Translations under genes and position numbers: made by a program
In this document: piece by piece, positions 39,122 to 47,071 of the stretch
Layout: each line of letters opens with the position of its first letter
How positions within the stretch are numbered: position 1 is the stretch's first letter
Notes under the pieces: model-generated
What the model saw: the letters and a program-made list of their open reading frames with translations, nothing else
The model's database searches: none
What the model was told of the DNA's origin: nothing
NCBI GenBank assembly: GCA_037481775.1
Contig: JBBFKZ010000002.1
Coordinates: 64,001 to 128,000 of the forward strand
DNA: 64,000 nt
Direction: 5' to 3'
DNA from: Candidatus Bathyarchaeia archaeon
GTDB lineage: Archaea; Thermoproteota; Bathyarchaeia; Bathyarchaeales; Bathycorpusculaceae

Positions 39122-39745
39122 CTAAGTATTTCTTAATAATGCTTTTCTGAACATTCTCCAATCCGTTTTAACGTAGTCGCTTAAAACTTCAATGCTTGTT
39201 AAACCCACAAACTCTTTCAATATGAATGGGTTAGAGAATGTTTTTCCATACCAAGATTCTCCTTGACTTCTAAACCAATGAGGCCATTGGCCCGTAACGT
39301 AACGCACAATCTTAAAGGCCCTGTTCCTTCCAAACTTAAACAGTCTATCCTCAGGTTTCTCTATACGCTTAAGGTAGTCTAAAACCAATTTTGTGAAGGG
39401 TGCTAATGGGCCTTCTTTCGGCAATGGCACTTCATCACGTATAGCCCTTGACTTCTTTTTCGCCTTCTTTTTCCGTTTAACGACAATCATGTTGTGGATT
39501 ATAACAAAGTCTGGTTCGCTTTCTAAATCGAATTGTTTATGCTTTAAGCTGAGAACCTCGCTAACCCTTCCACAAGTCAAATAGAGAAGGGCCATAAGTG
39601 CCTTGTCTCTTAACTCATAGAATTCCTTGTTTATTTTGTAAGGCCACGCTTTACTAGTTATAAGCCCATAGATTTCTGAAGGCCTCAGAAAGTAAATGTC
39701 GTTTAGGGTTCTGCGTTTAACTCCTATTAACCATGGCCTTGGCAT
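39122..39745 (-). CDS. Minimal tyrosine recombinase (catalytic domain only)
   Basis: 'RDKALMALLYLTCGRVSEVLSL' (R), K-rich loop, 'WPHWFRS' (HxxR), 'FVG...VLSDY' (Y). TAATG-coupled to the upstream gene. Confidence 0.85.
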   Translation of the reverse strand: MPRPWLIGVKRRTLNDIYFLRPSEIYGLITSKAWPYKINKEFYELRDKALMALLYLTCGRVSEVLSLKHKQFDLESEPDFVIIHNMIVVKRKKKAKKKSRAIRDEVPLPKEGPLAPFTKLVLDYLKRIEKPEDRLFKFGRNRAFKIVRYVTGQWPHWFRSQGESWYGKTFSNPFILKEFVGLTSIEVLSDYVKTDWRMFRKALLRNT

Positions 39746-40044
39746 TAACATTTAACCTCGCTCAGTTTTTCAACAACAAGCGTTTTTCTTCCTTTACGGT
39801 TCAACTTGTAAGATTCCAGAACCTTCTCAATGGGACGGTCTGAGAAAACATCTATGATGGCCTTTAACAGCATCGCTTTACCCTGAAACCCCTCACTTAT
39901 CGGATAAACAGAATCCTCGCTCTCAAAAATAACCTTTAACAAGCGTAAAATATCCTCGAAGGTGAACACTTCACCATAAGCCCAAACCCTAACAACCTTA
40001 TCATTTGGCCCTTTCCGGCCATTAACAATTTCAAACTTAACCAT
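39745..40044 (-). CDS. Hypothetical protein of the element
   Basis: 99-aa ORF (MVKFEIVNG...) coupled by TAATG overlaps to both neighbours. Confidence 0.7.
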   Translation of the reverse strand: MVKFEIVNGRKGPNDKVVRVWAYGEVFTFEDILRLLKVIFESEDSVYPISEGFQGKAMLLKAIIDVFSDRPIEKVLESYKLNRKGRKTLVVEKLSEVKC

Positions 40045-40955
40045 TAATGGCCACCTTCCAAAACGCAAAAATCAGAACGCGAACGCATTCCCAACCCTTT
40101 AGGACACAAAACTGAATAGGGATTCGCTGCGTTTACCCTTCCGCAATCCAAACATCGCTTAGGAATAGGTTTAGCTGACAAGATTCTTTCAGCTTCCTCT
40201 ATTACGTTCACTTTAACTGAACTCTGATTTGTGTGTGTGCTGTCTATAACTTCTTCTTTTATTCTCTCTTTAGCCTCTATGCTTGGTGGCGAGACAACCT
40301 CCGAAACGGTTTTCTCGCGCTCTTTCCCTTGGAGAAACTGTTGTATTTTTTTATTCTCTTCCTCATATAAGCTACACACACGCAAAACTTCTTTGGAAAC
40401 CTCACAGCTTTCATTAAATTCTTGTTGAAGATTAACGCCTTCCTGAGTTTCATAAGGTTCTTGTTGAGGGTTAGCGGTTTCTTGAAGTTCATAAGTTTCT
40501 TGTAAAACAGTTTGTTCTGTGTAGTAGGGCATAAGTTCATGGTGGATAATGTAGTGGGTTTCTTTGCCTTCTTTATCTTTTGAAATATAGCCTAAAATTT
40601 CTAAAAGGCCTTTCTTTGCTGAAAGCCTACGTTCATTCATATATTCAAATTGGGCCACTTTTCCGCTCACTCGGTTCATTCTTACAATTTTGCTTAGGCC
40701 CATGTGTCTTTCAGTTTTCTCTGGCCTTCCTATGTAGCGTTCTATTGTGCGTTTGTCGTTTGAACCGAAAAATTGGATAAATTCCCACTCGAGGGTTTCA
40801 TAGCTACATTTTTTGAGGCCTACTTCCCATAAGTGCGTCATAAATTCTGAGGCTCTATTTAAGCTTATGAAGGCGCCACGTTTCAGAAAACGGAGGAATT
40901 TTGGTTTTGTCGTAAAATTTTTAAGTGTAAACTTGCCTATTTCTGAATTGTCCAT
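40044..40955 (-). CDS. Hypothetical protein, candidate replication initiator (wHTH-like N part, repeat linker, C-terminal Cys4)
   Basis: SD GGAGG upstream, 'GLLEILGYI' wing-like segment, 13-aa repeats, 'CLDC...CP...FC'. The Rep function is inference. Confidence 0.65.
   Translation of the reverse strand: MDNSEIGKFTLKNFTTKPKFLRFLKRGAFISLNRASEFMTHLWEVGLKKCSYETLEWEFIQFFGSNDKRTIERYIGRPEKTERHMGLSKIVRMNRVSGKVAQFEYMNERRLSAKKGLLEILGYISKDKEGKETHYIIHHELMPYYTEQTVLQETYELQETANPQQEPYETQEGVNLQQEFNESCEVSKEVLRVCSLYEEENKKIQQFLQGKEREKTVSEVVSPPSIEAKERIKEEVIDSTHTNQSSVKVNVIEEAERILSAKPIPKRCLDCGRVNAANPYSVLCPKGLGMRSRSDFCVLEGGH
40410..40503. repeat. About 2.4 copies of a degenerate 39-bp tandem repeat
   Basis: Units begin at 40410 (TTCATTAAATTCTTGTTGA), 40449 (TTCATAAGGTTCTTGTTGA) and 40488 (TTCATAAGTTTCTTGT). 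Confidence 0.75.
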
Positions 40956-40988
40956 AGTTTTCCTCCTTTTTTGTTTAAACTCTAAAAT

Positions 40989-41120
40989 TCACGCTCCTTT
41001 TTGCTTAGTGCGAATTTTTGAGCCTCTGGTGTGTTCGCATTTTGGACATTTTAGCGGGTTTTCTACTCGTGGAATCCAATTGTGGCCGCATTTTTCGCAT
41101 TTCAATTTTGGCAGTTGCAT
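40989..41120 (-). CDS. 43-aa Zn-ribbon protein (below the ORF-track cutoff)
   Basis: Manual translation: MQLPKLKCEKCGHNWIPRVENPLKCPKCEHTRGSKIRTKQKGA*. Confidence 0.8.
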   Translation of the reverse strand: MQLPKLKCEKCGHNWIPRVENPLKCPKCEHTRGSKIRTKQKGA

Positions 41121-41199
41121 GAGTTTCTACCCCATATTCTATATGATGCGAAAGTATTATATAAGTCAAGATATAACATAATTAATCGAGAGTGGATAC

Positions 41200-41805
41200 A
41201 TGTCAAAAGCAAAAAGCGATTATCATATGCCAAGGAAAACTGAGAGTTTGCCACTATTACAGAAAAAGATAATCATTCATTTAGCTGAAAATGGCCCTCA
41301 AACCGTAAATGAAACCGTAAACAAAATAGAGCATCATTATAAACCTACATGGATAGCTTTTCAAAGTTTAGAGAGAAAAGGGTTAATTAAAAAAGTGAAT
41401 GTCAAACTATATAGAGGAAGAGAGTATCCTCAATTTTGGTTGAGCGAGGATTGTATAATTTTGGCTTTCATCGAAGGAGCTTCTAAAAACGCTTTATTCA
41501 AAAAAACTAAAGAGGTTTATCCAGCTAACAAGAACCTTCATGCTTTCCTAGATTTCGCTTCAATATTCAATCCAGAGGTTTGGGAAATAGCGTATTACGC
41601 AATTAGAAGGAAGGGCACACTTGAACCCATAGATTTAGCCACTATAATGTTTACTCAAATGGATTCAGATGTAAGCATTGAAAAAATCAAGGAAGGGTTA
41701 ATTCATCTCAAGAAATACCCTGAAATGCTTGAATTCTTTAAGAAGTATATGGAAAGTTTAGTTAAAGTGATAGAGTGTGTTTTAGAGGTGTTAGAACATG
41801 AGTAA
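41200..41805 (+). CDS. Winged-helix transcription regulator
   Basis: 'LQKKIIIHLAENGPQTVNETVNKI...YKPTWIAFQSLERKGLIKK...GREY..FWLS'. Confidence 0.75.
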   Translation: MSKAKSDYHMPRKTESLPLLQKKIIIHLAENGPQTVNETVNKIEHHYKPTWIAFQSLERKGLIKKVNVKLYRGREYPQFWLSEDCIILAFIEGASKNALFKKTKEVYPANKNLHAFLDFASIFNPEVWEIAYYAIRRKGTLEPIDLATIMFTQMDSDVSIEKIKEGLIHLKKYPEMLEFFKKYMESLVKVIECVLEVLEHE

Positions 41806-42145
41806 AAAAACAGGTTTGAACCTAACTTCCTCGAGGAGTTTAGACAATTTTCCTCGAGGAAAATCTCACAGAGAAACCGACACTAAAACAACTGTGGGCC
41901 TATACCTTCCCAAAATCTTAGTGGAAAAAGCTCGAAAACAAGGTTTAAATCTTTCAAAAATTCTCGAAGAAGCTTTATCTTCAATATTAAACTATATGGA
42001 AGCTCAAAACACCGAAAACGAAAGCTCTATATTTCTTAATCGACTTTCTTTTCAGAAAGAAAGTCGGGCCGGTAGTCTAGCTCGGTTAGGACATCTGCTT
42101 GACGTGCAGAAGGTCGCCGGTTCGAGTCCGGTCCGGCCCACCTAA
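41798..42145 (+). CDS. Integrase N-terminal fragment Int(N) with RHH/CcdA-like domain, reading through attR and the tRNA
   Basis: 'TTVGLYLPKILVEKARKQGLNLSKILEEAL' then RAGSLARLGHLLDV in the same att frame as Int(C). Confidence 0.85.
   Translation: MSKKTGLNLTSSRSLDNFPRGKSHRETDTKTTVGLYLPKILVEKARKQGLNLSKILEEALSSILNYMEAQNTENESSIFLNRLSFQKESRAGSLARLGHLLDVQKVAGSSPVRPT
42065..42105 (+). repeat. attR
   Basis: Identical to 37567-37607. Confidence 0.95.
42066..42140 (+). tRNA. tRNA-Val(GAC), reconstituted at attR
   Basis: GGGCCGGTAGTCTAGCTCGGTTAGGACA-TCTGC-TTGACGT-GCAGA-AGGTC-GCCGGTTCGAGTCCGGT-CCGGCCC-A. It is followed by CCT, so CCA is not fully encoded. Confidence 0.97.
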
Positions 42146-42432
42146 TTTTTTAATTACTATGAAAACCAAAAGCAAATAAGAAAAGCTACAATAAAAAGTA
42201 AAGTTTCTGTTAGTAATGTCTAAGAAAAAACTTCATTTTTGTATCAAATTGATTTTTAGAAATGGGTCAGCTTTTGTCTGTATTGAGCGGGGCATATTAG
42301 TAATTATGATTTAGCCGCGACCCGCTAGTTTAACGGATCATTTGCTTACTGACTAAAACAAAATTTTAAAAGGATTCTGGTGGTGAACAATATTCAGCGC
42401 GGTAGTGCGCAAAATTAAGGAGAAAATGACAA

Positions 42433-44886
42433 ATGAGCTCTGAAAAGAAAGAAGCCTTGGTTGCTTTGACTCTGATGTTTGCTATGGCTTTTTCGCTTGT
42501 CACTTTGCCAATCGCTAATGCCGCCGATATCCCCACTTACGCCTTTCTTAGCGTAGCACCAAACCCCGTAGGCGTTGGACAAGGTGTCTCTGTCGTTTAC
42601 TGGCTAGATAAAGTACCTCCAACAGCAAGCGGGCCGCTAGGCGACAGATGGCAAGGCTGGAAACTTGAAATCACAAAACCTGATGGAAAAATTGAAACGG
42701 TGAATCTCGGGCCCTCCGATGCCGCCGCATCAGGATACCTAAAATATACACCCGATCAAATCGGAACGTACTACTTTAAACTCACTTTTCCAGGTCAAAA
42801 CATAACTGTAGGCAACACGGTGAACTACTACAAGCCGTCTGAAAGCTCAAAAGTTGCGTTAACAGTACAGGAAGAACAAGTAACACCAATACCCTACAAT
42901 CCTCTACCGACGGAGTATTGGAGTAGGCCCATATATGCTGAAAATCATGGCTGGAACCAGTTAGTAAGCAACTGGTTAGCAGGCGGCTCCGCTGGCCCTC
43001 ACGGACCACGAAGCTACGATTTGAACGGAAACTTTAACCCGTACGGCACAGCACCAAATGCACCACACATTATGTGGACCAGAGAAATAGCTTTTGGAGG
43101 AATAGTCGGCGAAAAAACAGAAGACATCAACTATTTCCCAGGCGAAACCTACGATCGCAAATTCCAACCACCAATAATAATGCACGGAAGGCTTTATTTC
43201 AACCAACGTTTAGGAGTCGCAAGTTGGCAGGGGCTCTACTGTATTGACTTACAGACAGGCGAAGAAATATGGTTCAAGAATGGCACAACAGTAACTTTCG
43301 GACAGCTGCTTAACTGGCAAACACCCAACGTGCACGGCATCATCCCATTTCTCTGGAGTGTTTCTGGAACAACCTACAAAATGTATGATGCCTTTACTGG
43401 CGACTGGTTGCTTGACATCGCAAATGTCAGCTCGGGAACGATGCTTTATGGGCCGAGCGGTGAATTTCTTATATACAGGCTCGACGGCGCCACCAATACC
43501 TTAACGCTGTGGAACTCGTCCAAAGTTCTAGAGTCTTCTATGAGCGCTGTTTGGTACTTCAGACCTGTGGGTCCTGTTATTGATGGCAATAAGGGCTACG
43601 AGTGGAACATAACAGTTCCAGATATGCCAGGCGCCCAAAGTATACTAAGAATCAAGGATGGCGTACTCTATGCAAGAGCAACGTACACTGACGGTCCACC
43701 AGGAGGAACAAAAGTGGGCGATGTGGCGTATGACATCAGCTTTGACAGTATCAAGAAGGGCTCCACAGGGAAATATCCTACTTCAATCAATAACCTGTGG
43801 GGACCTGTAAACCGCACATTCGAGGGTAGCTTGCTTAACGGCTTCATAGATCGCGACATACTGCCAGTGTTTGTGAAAGAAACTATGGTCTGGTATGGCT
43901 TCAACGTTAGAACAGGCATGCAAGTTTGGGGACCTACAAAACCATACGAGAACGCTTGGGGTGTTTATCAGCCATACGCCGACTGGCAATCCGCGTATGG
44001 CATCCTTTATGCAGCTGGTTACGATGGTACAATACATGCATATAACATCACAACTGGCGAAAATATTTGGAATTTGTATACTGGCTCAAGTAGGCTAGAA
44101 ACCGTCTATGGCCATTATGTGTTCAAAGATAGCGCCATGTCGATTTGTGATGGCAAACTCTATGCTGTAAATAACGAGCACTCGCCTTCTTCGCCTCTAT
44201 ACCGTGGTTCAAAGATGTACTGTATCGATGCTATTACGGGTCAGACGTTGTGGAACATTTCTTTCTGGGGCTTATTCCCGGTGATTGCTGATGGATATGC
44301 TGTTGCGTTTAACTACTATGATGGGCGCATCTATTGTTTCGGTAAAGGTGCGAGTAAGATGACAGTTGAGGCGCCATTAGTGGCCGTTACTCAGGGCCAA
44401 AATGTAGTTATCAGAGGAACAGTTACGGATGTTGCTTCAGGTGCAACTCAAAAAGAGCAGGCAGCACGGTTCCCCAATGGTTTACCCTGTGTCTCTGACG
44501 AAAGCATGAGTGACTGGATGGAATACGTTTACATGCAGCAACCTAAGCCGGCGGACGTGAAAGGCGTTGAAGTCGTTGTCGAGGTGCTGGATCCAAACGG
44601 CAACTGTTACGAGGTTTCGAGAACGACGAGTGATGCAAGCGGCTTTTTCAAGGCGACGTTTGAGCCGCCTGTGCCCGGAGAGTACACTGTGATTGCCCGG
44701 TTTGCTGGTTCAGGGTCTTATTGGCCTTCGCATGCTGAAACCGCCATAGTAGTCGAGGATGCTCCGCCTGCTTCGCCTCAGCCTACGCCTGTGCCTCAGG
44801 CGCCGGTTGAAACCTACTTTGCTGTTTCCACGGTTGCTATCATCGTTGCGGTTGCTGTTGCTGTCGTGTTGCTTAGGAAGCGATAG
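42433..44886 (+). CDS. Large secreted PQQ-like beta-propeller surface protein (paralog of 34777-37314)
   Basis: Same architecture: 'PNPVGVG', 'EYWSRPI', 'CIDLQTGEEIW', 'RFPNG.P.V.DE.MS.WM.YVY.Q', 'KGVEVVVEVLDPNGN', TM and LRKR. Confidence 0.85.
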   Translation: MSSEKKEALVALTLMFAMAFSLVTLPIANAADIPTYAFLSVAPNPVGVGQGVSVVYWLDKVPPTASGPLGDRWQGWKLEITKPDGKIETVNLGPSDAAASGYLKYTPDQIGTYYFKLTFPGQNITVGNTVNYYKPSESSKVALTVQEEQVTPIPYNPLPTEYWSRPIYAENHGWNQLVSNWLAGGSAGPHGPRSYDLNGNFNPYGTAPNAPHIMWTREIAFGGIVGEKTEDINYFPGETYDRKFQPPIIMHGRLYFNQRLGVASWQGLYCIDLQTGEEIWFKNGTTVTFGQLLNWQTPNVHGIIPFLWSVSGTTYKMYDAFTGDWLLDIANVSSGTMLYGPSGEFLIYRLDGATNTLTLWNSSKVLESSMSAVWYFRPVGPVIDGNKGYEWNITVPDMPGAQSILRIKDGVLYARATYTDGPPGGTKVGDVAYDISFDSIKKGSTGKYPTSINNLWGPVNRTFEGSLLNGFIDRDILPVFVKETMVWYGFNVRTGMQVWGPTKPYENAWGVYQPYADWQSAYGILYAAGYDGTIHAYNITTGENIWNLYTGSSRLETVYGHYVFKDSAMSICDGKLYAVNNEHSPSSPLYRGSKMYCIDAITGQTLWNISFWGLFPVIADGYAVAFNYYDGRIYCFGKGASKMTVEAPLVAVTQGQNVVIRGTVTDVASGATQKEQAARFPNGLPCVSDESMSDWMEYVYMQQPKPADVKGVEVVVEVLDPNGNCYEVSRTTSDASGFFKATFEPPVPGEYTVIARFAGSGSYWPSHAETAIVVEDAPPASPQPTPVPQAPVETYFAVSTVAIIVAVAVAVVLLRKR

Positions 44887-44915
44887 TGGGCTTGGAGAGA
44901 GCGTGTCAGGCTTCA

Positions 44916-44934
44916 TTTCCTCTTTTCTTTTTTT
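44916..44934 (+). terminator. Pyrimidine/oligo-T terminator
   Basis: TTTCCTCTTTTCTTTTTTT after the gene end. Confidence 0.55.
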
Positions 44935-45688
44935 GTTGTTGTCAATAAATGGTGGGCTGGTGGGTTTTGGGTTTAAGGAGGCAGTTGCAGTTTGTCATCT
45001 TCTCTTCTCCTTTAAGCGAACGCCCAAAATCCCAGCAAACCAATGTTTATCAAATACCTAAGCGTATTTCTGATGGTTAAACTTCCAACTTTTGTTAACT
45101 GTGGAAGGCTTGTGCGCTTTGATCTGATTTTGATGTTAAGGTTTAGGCAAAAACCGAGAGAAGCTACCGCCCTTAAGCCTACACTACTGTTTCGCTATGG
45201 CGAGTTGCTAAAATGTGCTTTACTTGAGTATCGTCAGTCAACCAAAGTTCGGTTGCCCTGAATAACAGAATCCCCTGAACCATTTTCATCCCGCTTGAGC
45301 GTTGCCAGCGATACTGGGGTTTTGGGCTGTGGCTTATTGTTTTCGGATTTTTTCTGCGGGCATTGGGATCATGTTTTGATTTTATTTATATCCTTCTACA
45401 GCTCTTCAATTAGGCGGTCGTGCTCAACTCTTCGCTTTATTGCCATCGTGCTTTCTGTCCGTCTTGGTATCTCTTGTTGCTATTTCAGCTTTTTTTAGAG
45501 GCTCTGCCCTGATTTGGTATTGGGCTGGCGTGTCAGGATTTTTGCTTAGGTAGTCCTTCTGACTCAACAGCCTTTTGAATTTGAACGCAGAAACAGCAAG
45601 CCATAGATTCCCCACTTATTTGCACTAACCCGTTCATGGGCTGTTATGTTTACCGTAGACAAGTTTGGCTGCCCCCTTTTTCGGAACG

Positions 45689-46780
45689 CTATTTGGTGGA
45701 CCGAGTGGCGGTTGTAGCCCAGACTCTGCATGTGCCTTCGCTACTGACCATGCAGGCGCCTACAGGCTTAGCGGGCGTGCACGCTTTCATGAACATGGGG
45801 CACTCGTCAGGCTTAATCTTGCCGATAATCACTAAGTGGCACTCGCAGCCAAGCAGAATATCTTTACCCTCTGCCACGTGAACATCAAACTTTTCTCGGG
45901 CATCATACGCCCTAAACTCGTCACGTAACATCAGCGCAGAGTTGGGCAGTCGCCCTATGCCGCGCCAGTTACCACCCGTAACTGTAAACGCCTGCGTCAT
46001 CATCTGCAGCGCCCGCGGGTTACCTTCCCACTTTACCACGCGCGTGTACTCGTTCTCCAGCCGCGCTGCGCCTTCTACCCGTTGCTTCAGAAGCATGTAG
46101 ATGCCCATCAAAACGTCAATAGGCTCAAAACCCGCTACTACCGTGGGCATGCGGTACACACGTGTAAAAAGCTCGTACGGCTTTAATCCGATTATGGCGC
46201 TGACATGGCCCGGCGCGATGAAACCGCTGATGTTTAGGTCGCCGACGCCCAGCAGCAGCTCCATGGCAGGCGGAATCAAACGGTGCGACACCAAAAAACT
46301 AACGTTTTCAGGCGGCTTACTGAGCACTTCGACTGCCGTGGCCGGCGCCGTGGTTTCAAAGCCCACCGCAAAAAACGTGAATTCCTTACTCTTCTCTCGC
46401 TTAGCCATCTCCACGGCGTCAGAGACGCTGTATACCACGCGGACGTCAGCGCCCGCTGCTTTTGCTTCCAGCAGGCTCATGTGACTGCCAGGTACACGCA
46501 AAACATCTCCGAAGCACGTTATGACCACGCCTTTCTGAGCCAGCTGCACTGCCTCATCTATCTCGGCTGCGGGTACTATGCAGACTGGACAGCCTGGTCC
46601 AGCGATGACCTCAACGTTCCATGGCAGAAGACTGCGCAGACCATAATGCGTTATGGTCCACTCGTGGGTGCCGCAGACATGGCAGAACTTCACTTGCTCA
46701 TCTTTCGGCGCTATCTCGCGAATTTTCTGTGCAATTTCTTTTGCCAATGCTGGATCGCGGAAACGGAGTTGTTCGCCCAT
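45689..46780 (-). CDS. hypD: Hydrogenase maturation protein HypD
   Basis: 'HVCGTH', 'GPGCPVC', 'GFETT', 'PGHVS', 'GFEP', 'GACMVSSEGTC'. Confidence 0.97.
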   Translation of the reverse strand: MGEQLRFRDPALAKEIAQKIREIAPKDEQVKFCHVCGTHEWTITHYGLRSLLPWNVEVIAGPGCPVCIVPAAEIDEAVQLAQKGVVITCFGDVLRVPGSHMSLLEAKAAGADVRVVYSVSDAVEMAKREKSKEFTFFAVGFETTAPATAVEVLSKPPENVSFLVSHRLIPPAMELLLGVGDLNISGFIAPGHVSAIIGLKPYELFTRVYRMPTVVAGFEPIDVLMGIYMLLKQRVEGAARLENEYTRVVKWEGNPRALQMMTQAFTVTGGNWRGIGRLPNSALMLRDEFRAYDAREKFDVHVAEGKDILLGCECHLVIIGKIKPDECPMFMKACTPAKPVGACMVSSEGTCRVWATTATRSTK

Positions 46781-46798
46781 TTTTCTGTCAGCTGTCCC

Positions 46799-47023
46799 TT
46801 ATTCTTTTTCAGCCGCGAGAATCTCTTTCCATAGCGCCAGGGTTTCCAGCGCGTCCTTTTCCTCTAATGTTTGGATGGCGTAGCCCGCGTGCACCAGGAC
46901 ATAGTCGCCTACTTTGGCGTCAACAAGAGTCACATTAACCTCTCGCAAAACGCCTTCGCCGAAGTCCACCTGTGCCTTGTCTCCGTCTACACGTATGACG
47001 CGTGCTGGAATCGCCAAACACAT
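46799..47023 (-). CDS. hypC: Hydrogenase maturation chaperone HypC
   Basis: 'MCLAIP...VGDYVLVHAGYA'. Confidence 0.97.
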   Translation of the reverse strand: MCLAIPARVIRVDGDKAQVDFGEGVLREVNVTLVDAKVGDYVLVHAGYAIQTLEEKDALETLALWKEILAAEKE

Positions 47024-47071
47024 GGCTTATCAGTATAACCCAAACGTAAAGGGCGATAAAAACTGTGTGGT

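Larger units (their letters stand above)
37567..42105. mobile_element. 4.5-kb integrative element (plasmid- or satellite-like) inserted in tRNA-Val(GAC), SSV1-type split integrase
   Basis: Perfect 41-bp direct repeats at 37567-37607 and 42065-42105, split integrase, second tyrosine recombinase, and visibly more AT-rich than the flanks. Confidence 0.93.
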
